From: a virus
IMG/VR virus record: IMGVR_UViG_3300002057_000001
Location: 1-54,813 of that record
Strand: one strand, 5' to 3'
DNA: 54,813 bases
Made by a program: the position numbers and the translations under genes. How positions within the stretch are numbered: position 1 is the first letter of the stretch; each line of letters starts with the position of its first letter. Below the pieces are notes generated by a model that saw only the letters and a list, made by a program, of their open reading frames with translations, made no database searches and was not told where the DNA came from. Below are positions 52,668 through 54,813 of the stretch, piece by piece.

Positions 52668-52937
52668 CTATTGCTTACGCCGTGCAAAGCGGTCGCGAAG
52701 GCGCTGGCGTGAGCCGCCGTCACGAGATTGCCGGTCAATCTCTTGTCGGGTTTGCAGCCGGTCAATCACGTCATCAGCCTGCTGCTTTGCAGCAGTAGTT
52801 TCCGCGATCACCCGGCCACGGGTTTCAGATTGACGGTTCGTCAACCAAAAAAGGCCGATGAGGCCCAGCGCGGCGAACATCCACCCCTTGAGGCGGCCCG
52901 CCACTGTCAGCGCCGCGCTGATGACTGCCTGCATCAT
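52668..52937 (-). CDS. small membrane protein: i-spanin or holin candidate
   Basis: Hydrophobic stretches AVISAALTVAG and WMFAALGLIGLFWL are followed by a charged coiled-coil tail ending RDRFARRKQ. Confidence 0.5.
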   Translation of the reverse strand: MMQAVISAALTVAGRLKGWMFAALGLIGLFWLTNRQSETRGRVIAETTAAKQQADDVIDRLQTRQEIDRQSRDGGSRQRLRDRFARRKQ

Positions 52938-53254
52938 GCCGGATCAGCGGCCACGGCCACTGCCTTTGCAGGCTCAGGTGCATCAGCCGCGCCCAAAGAG
53001 GGCGAGGGCGCGGGCTGCGCTGCCGTCGCTGGGGCTTCCTGCTGCACCCGCGCCGGGGCTTTCTTGCTGATCGTCAGCGTGAGGGATGCGGCCTGCATCA
53101 CTTCCTGCCCATCCTGTGATGTCGCGGTCGGCATCCCCGGCGTGACCACTTCCGCCGCCAGACCGCCAGAGCCATTCGGCTTCACTGTGATCTGTTCCCC
53201 GCTCTGCCCGGTGATGATCAGGCTTGATGCGTTCGGCTCGATATAGATTCCCAT
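52934..53254 (-). CDS. hypothetical protein encoded out of frame inside the 3' end of the endolysin ORF
   Basis: The ATG at 53254 has GAGAGGAA 8 nt upstream. Third positions are strongly GC-rich in this frame. An ATGA overlap links it to the next gene. Confidence 0.5.
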   Translation of the reverse strand: MGIYIEPNASSLIITGQSGEQITVKPNGSGGLAAEVVTPGMPTATSQDGQEVMQAASLTLTISKKAPARVQQEAPATAAQPAPSPSLGAADAPEPAKAVAVAADPA

Positions 53255-54272
53255 TTTCAGGGTTCCTCTCAGGTTGAAGCGATGCCGCAACGGCCCGCTG
53301 ATCACGATAAATTTTAACTGCCGTCCAGATGATCCAAAGACCGATAGCGGCAACGGCAGCGGCGATCAGCCAGGGCAGAAACTCAAGCAGGGTGCTGCCC
53401 GCTGCGCCCCAATCACCGATTGCCAGCGAATCGAAAAACCGGGCAACGCCTGAAAGGCCCATGTTCCCGGCGATGGTGCTGGCCGTGGTGAATATCGTCA
53501 GGCTGCGCCCCGGACGCTGCCTGACAAAATCCTCAGCCTTTTCCATCAGGGAACGCTTGGGCTGAACGGCAAACTCAGAGCCGCGCGCCTTCATGGCTTC
53601 CCACGTCTTGCGCCCGACGATGCCGTCAACAGTCAGGCCGAGACGGCCTTGCAGCGCTCGCACGGCCTGCTCAGTGCTGTCACCGAACCAGCTATCAACT
53701 TTCAGATCAGCGAAACCATGCTCATTCCGCAGCAGCATTTGCAGGCGGGCAACAGCATCCCCGGTTGATCCGAGCCGGATAACCTCAGTGACTTCCCCGC
53801 CCGCCTTCCGAACGGCAGCGCGCAGCTTGCCATCATAGCCGCGCTCAATCGCTTTCGGCCCGTTGTAAAGGATAGCGAACCGGCTCAGATCACCGGCACG
53901 AAGCGCTGAACCGGCCTGAGGCTCAACCGTCATGCAGTAGCCAACGAATGAGGCCGCCTGAGCGGCATCATTCTCAGGGTTCATCAGAGCGCGCATCATT
54001 GCCTGAGCGGTCGGATAACCAAGCTGCTGATGCCAGCGGCCCAACACCTGAAACACGCCGATTGAGCAGCAGCGCGCTGCCGCCTCATCATTGATCTTGA
54101 CAGCCTCAGCATAAGAGCCAGCCCGCGCGCCGGTTTCCCGTCTGAACAGGTGCGGTTCAAAGCGGCGCAGATGACGGCCCAAAGAGGACTCGACATAGGC
54201 GACGGCCCACGCCGCGTCCTGATCACAGTCAACGCCGCGCGCCGCGCCCGCAACAATGTTTTGGATGCTCAC
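52983..54272 (-). CDS. endolysin: N-acetylmuramidase-like domain + PG_binding_1 domain + C-terminal hydrophobic segments
   Basis: The GTG start has AGAGAGG upstream. RFEPHLF...SIGVFQVLG...FAILYNGP...YDGKL matches a muramidase family. GSTGDAVARLQMLL...DGIVGRKTW is a peptidoglycan-binding repeat. LLEFLPWLIAAAVAAIGLWIIWTAV is a transmembrane segment. Confidence 0.75.
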   Translation of the reverse strand: MSIQNIVAGAARGVDCDQDAAWAVAYVESSLGRHLRRFEPHLFRRETGARAGSYAEAVKINDEAAARCCSIGVFQVLGRWHQQLGYPTAQAMMRALMNPENDAAQAASFVGYCMTVEPQAGSALRAGDLSRFAILYNGPKAIERGYDGKLRAAVRKAGGEVTEVIRLGSTGDAVARLQMLLRNEHGFADLKVDSWFGDSTEQAVRALQGRLGLTVDGIVGRKTWEAMKARGSEFAVQPKRSLMEKAEDFVRQRPGRSLTIFTTASTIAGNMGLSGVARFFDSLAIGDWGAAGSTLLEFLPWLIAAAVAAIGLWIIWTAVKIYRDQRAVAASLQPERNPENGNLYRAERIKPDHHRAERGTDHSEAEWLWRSGGGSGHAGDADRDITGWAGSDAGRIPHADDQQESPGAGAAGSPSDGSAARALALFGRG

Positions 54273-54343
54273 AACAGCCTCTCTTTCGGTTTGAATTTTG
54301 GAGCGTGACGGTCGGTGCTACCCCGCCGCTGTGCCTGAGGGTT

Positions 54344-54813
54344 TCAGGCCATCGCTTGCTTGTCACGCTTAGGATAGGGCTTTGCCAGCCCTGCAACCCT
54401 CTCTCTGATTTCCGCTGTCAGCGGCATCAGGTAGATGTGTTTCCAACTGACCGGGCCGTATTCAACATCTGTCTTGCCGGTCAGTTCTTTTATCTTGTCA
54501 GGTGATGCCGTTCCATACCGCGCTGTTGCGCTGCGCTTGTGAACGAATTTGCCATCAATCAGCAGTTCCCGCTGAGCCTGAGACGGCCCTGAATAAATCC
54601 AGTTTCCGGCCTGGTAGATGCCGCCGTGATGATCCTGCTCAGGATCAGCATAGCTGACAATCAGCTTGAGGCCGGGGCTTTGCTGCCTCAGGAACACCAC
54701 GGCAAGCCGGACAATCCTTGAGACATAGGCGGCATGATCTGTCAGCGCGATCCTGACCAGTTCACACGCCTCATTCTGAGTGAGGTCATAGGCGCTTGAC
54801 ATATTGTTGTTTG
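54344..54813 (-). CDS. Mom-family DNA modification protein, C-terminal part (N-terminal part at 212..1; 54765..54813 duplicates 1..49)
   Basis: The track ORF 54344..54802 begins at an internal Met. The frame stays open to the window end and continues from 212..50. Confidence 0.6.
   Translation of the reverse strand, partial: NNNMSSAYDLTQNEACELVRIALTDHAAYVSRIVRLAVVFLRQQSPGLKLIVSYADPEQDHHGGIYQAGNWIYSGPSQAQRELLIDGKFVHKRSATARYGTASPDKIKELTGKTDVEYGPVSWKHIYLMPLTAEIRERVAGLAKPYPKRDKQAMA
54765..54813. repeat. 49-bp terminal overlap, identical to 1..49
   Basis: Direct reading of both ends. Confidence 0.95.

Overview
The window is a complete, circularly closed genome of a tailed dsDNA phage or phage-like episome. 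Bases 1..49 are identical to 54765..54813, so the unique length is 54,764 bp, and one gene (Mom-like) is split by the arbitrary linearisation point. The genome is GC-rich and densely packed, with GC-rich hairpin terminators, and looks alphaproteobacterial in style. There are three transcription blocks. (i) A leftward early/middle block, 21177 down to 2565, carries a small regulator, a GapR-like protein, a RuvC-like resolvase, a Toprim+AAA primase/helicase, MT-A70 and C5-type DNA methyltransferases, an HNH endonuclease, ASCH and DUF4031-like proteins, and about 35 small unknown ORFs. (ii) A rightward recombination/replication block, 21500 to 27416, carries a YqaJ exonuclease, a double-T-loop tRNA-like element, a DEDDh exonuclease, a candidate annealing protein, a RecD/Dda-like helicase and SSB. 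(iii) A leftward late block runs 1621 down to 1 and continues from 54764 down to 27507. It carries a lambda gpZ-like protein, a ParB/Srx + Mom-like DNA-modification pair, a lysis cassette ending in a secreted trypsin-like protease, a lambda-type head module (Nu1, A, W, portal, S49 protease, D, E) and a P2-type contractile tail/baseplate module with PAAR, tape measure and an E/E' frameshift chaperone. I recognised no integrase, CI-type repressor, CRISPR array, rRNA or canonical tRNA. The most interesting non-obvious signals are these. First, a conserved CCGGACATGACATG start-box family sits at the 5' ends of several transcription units, and CCGGACAT iterons cluster at 1971..2058. Second, two promoter-like modules of the form TTGCAA-N17-TAGGACGGTTT are present. 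Third, a roughly 104-nt element carries two perfect tRNA T-arms. Fourth, an opposite-strand island encodes a small secreted peptide. Fifth, the lysis cassette has an endolysin fused to transmembrane segments, an out-of-frame overlapping gene and an S1 protease. All functional calls rest on motif reading by eye; no database search was run.
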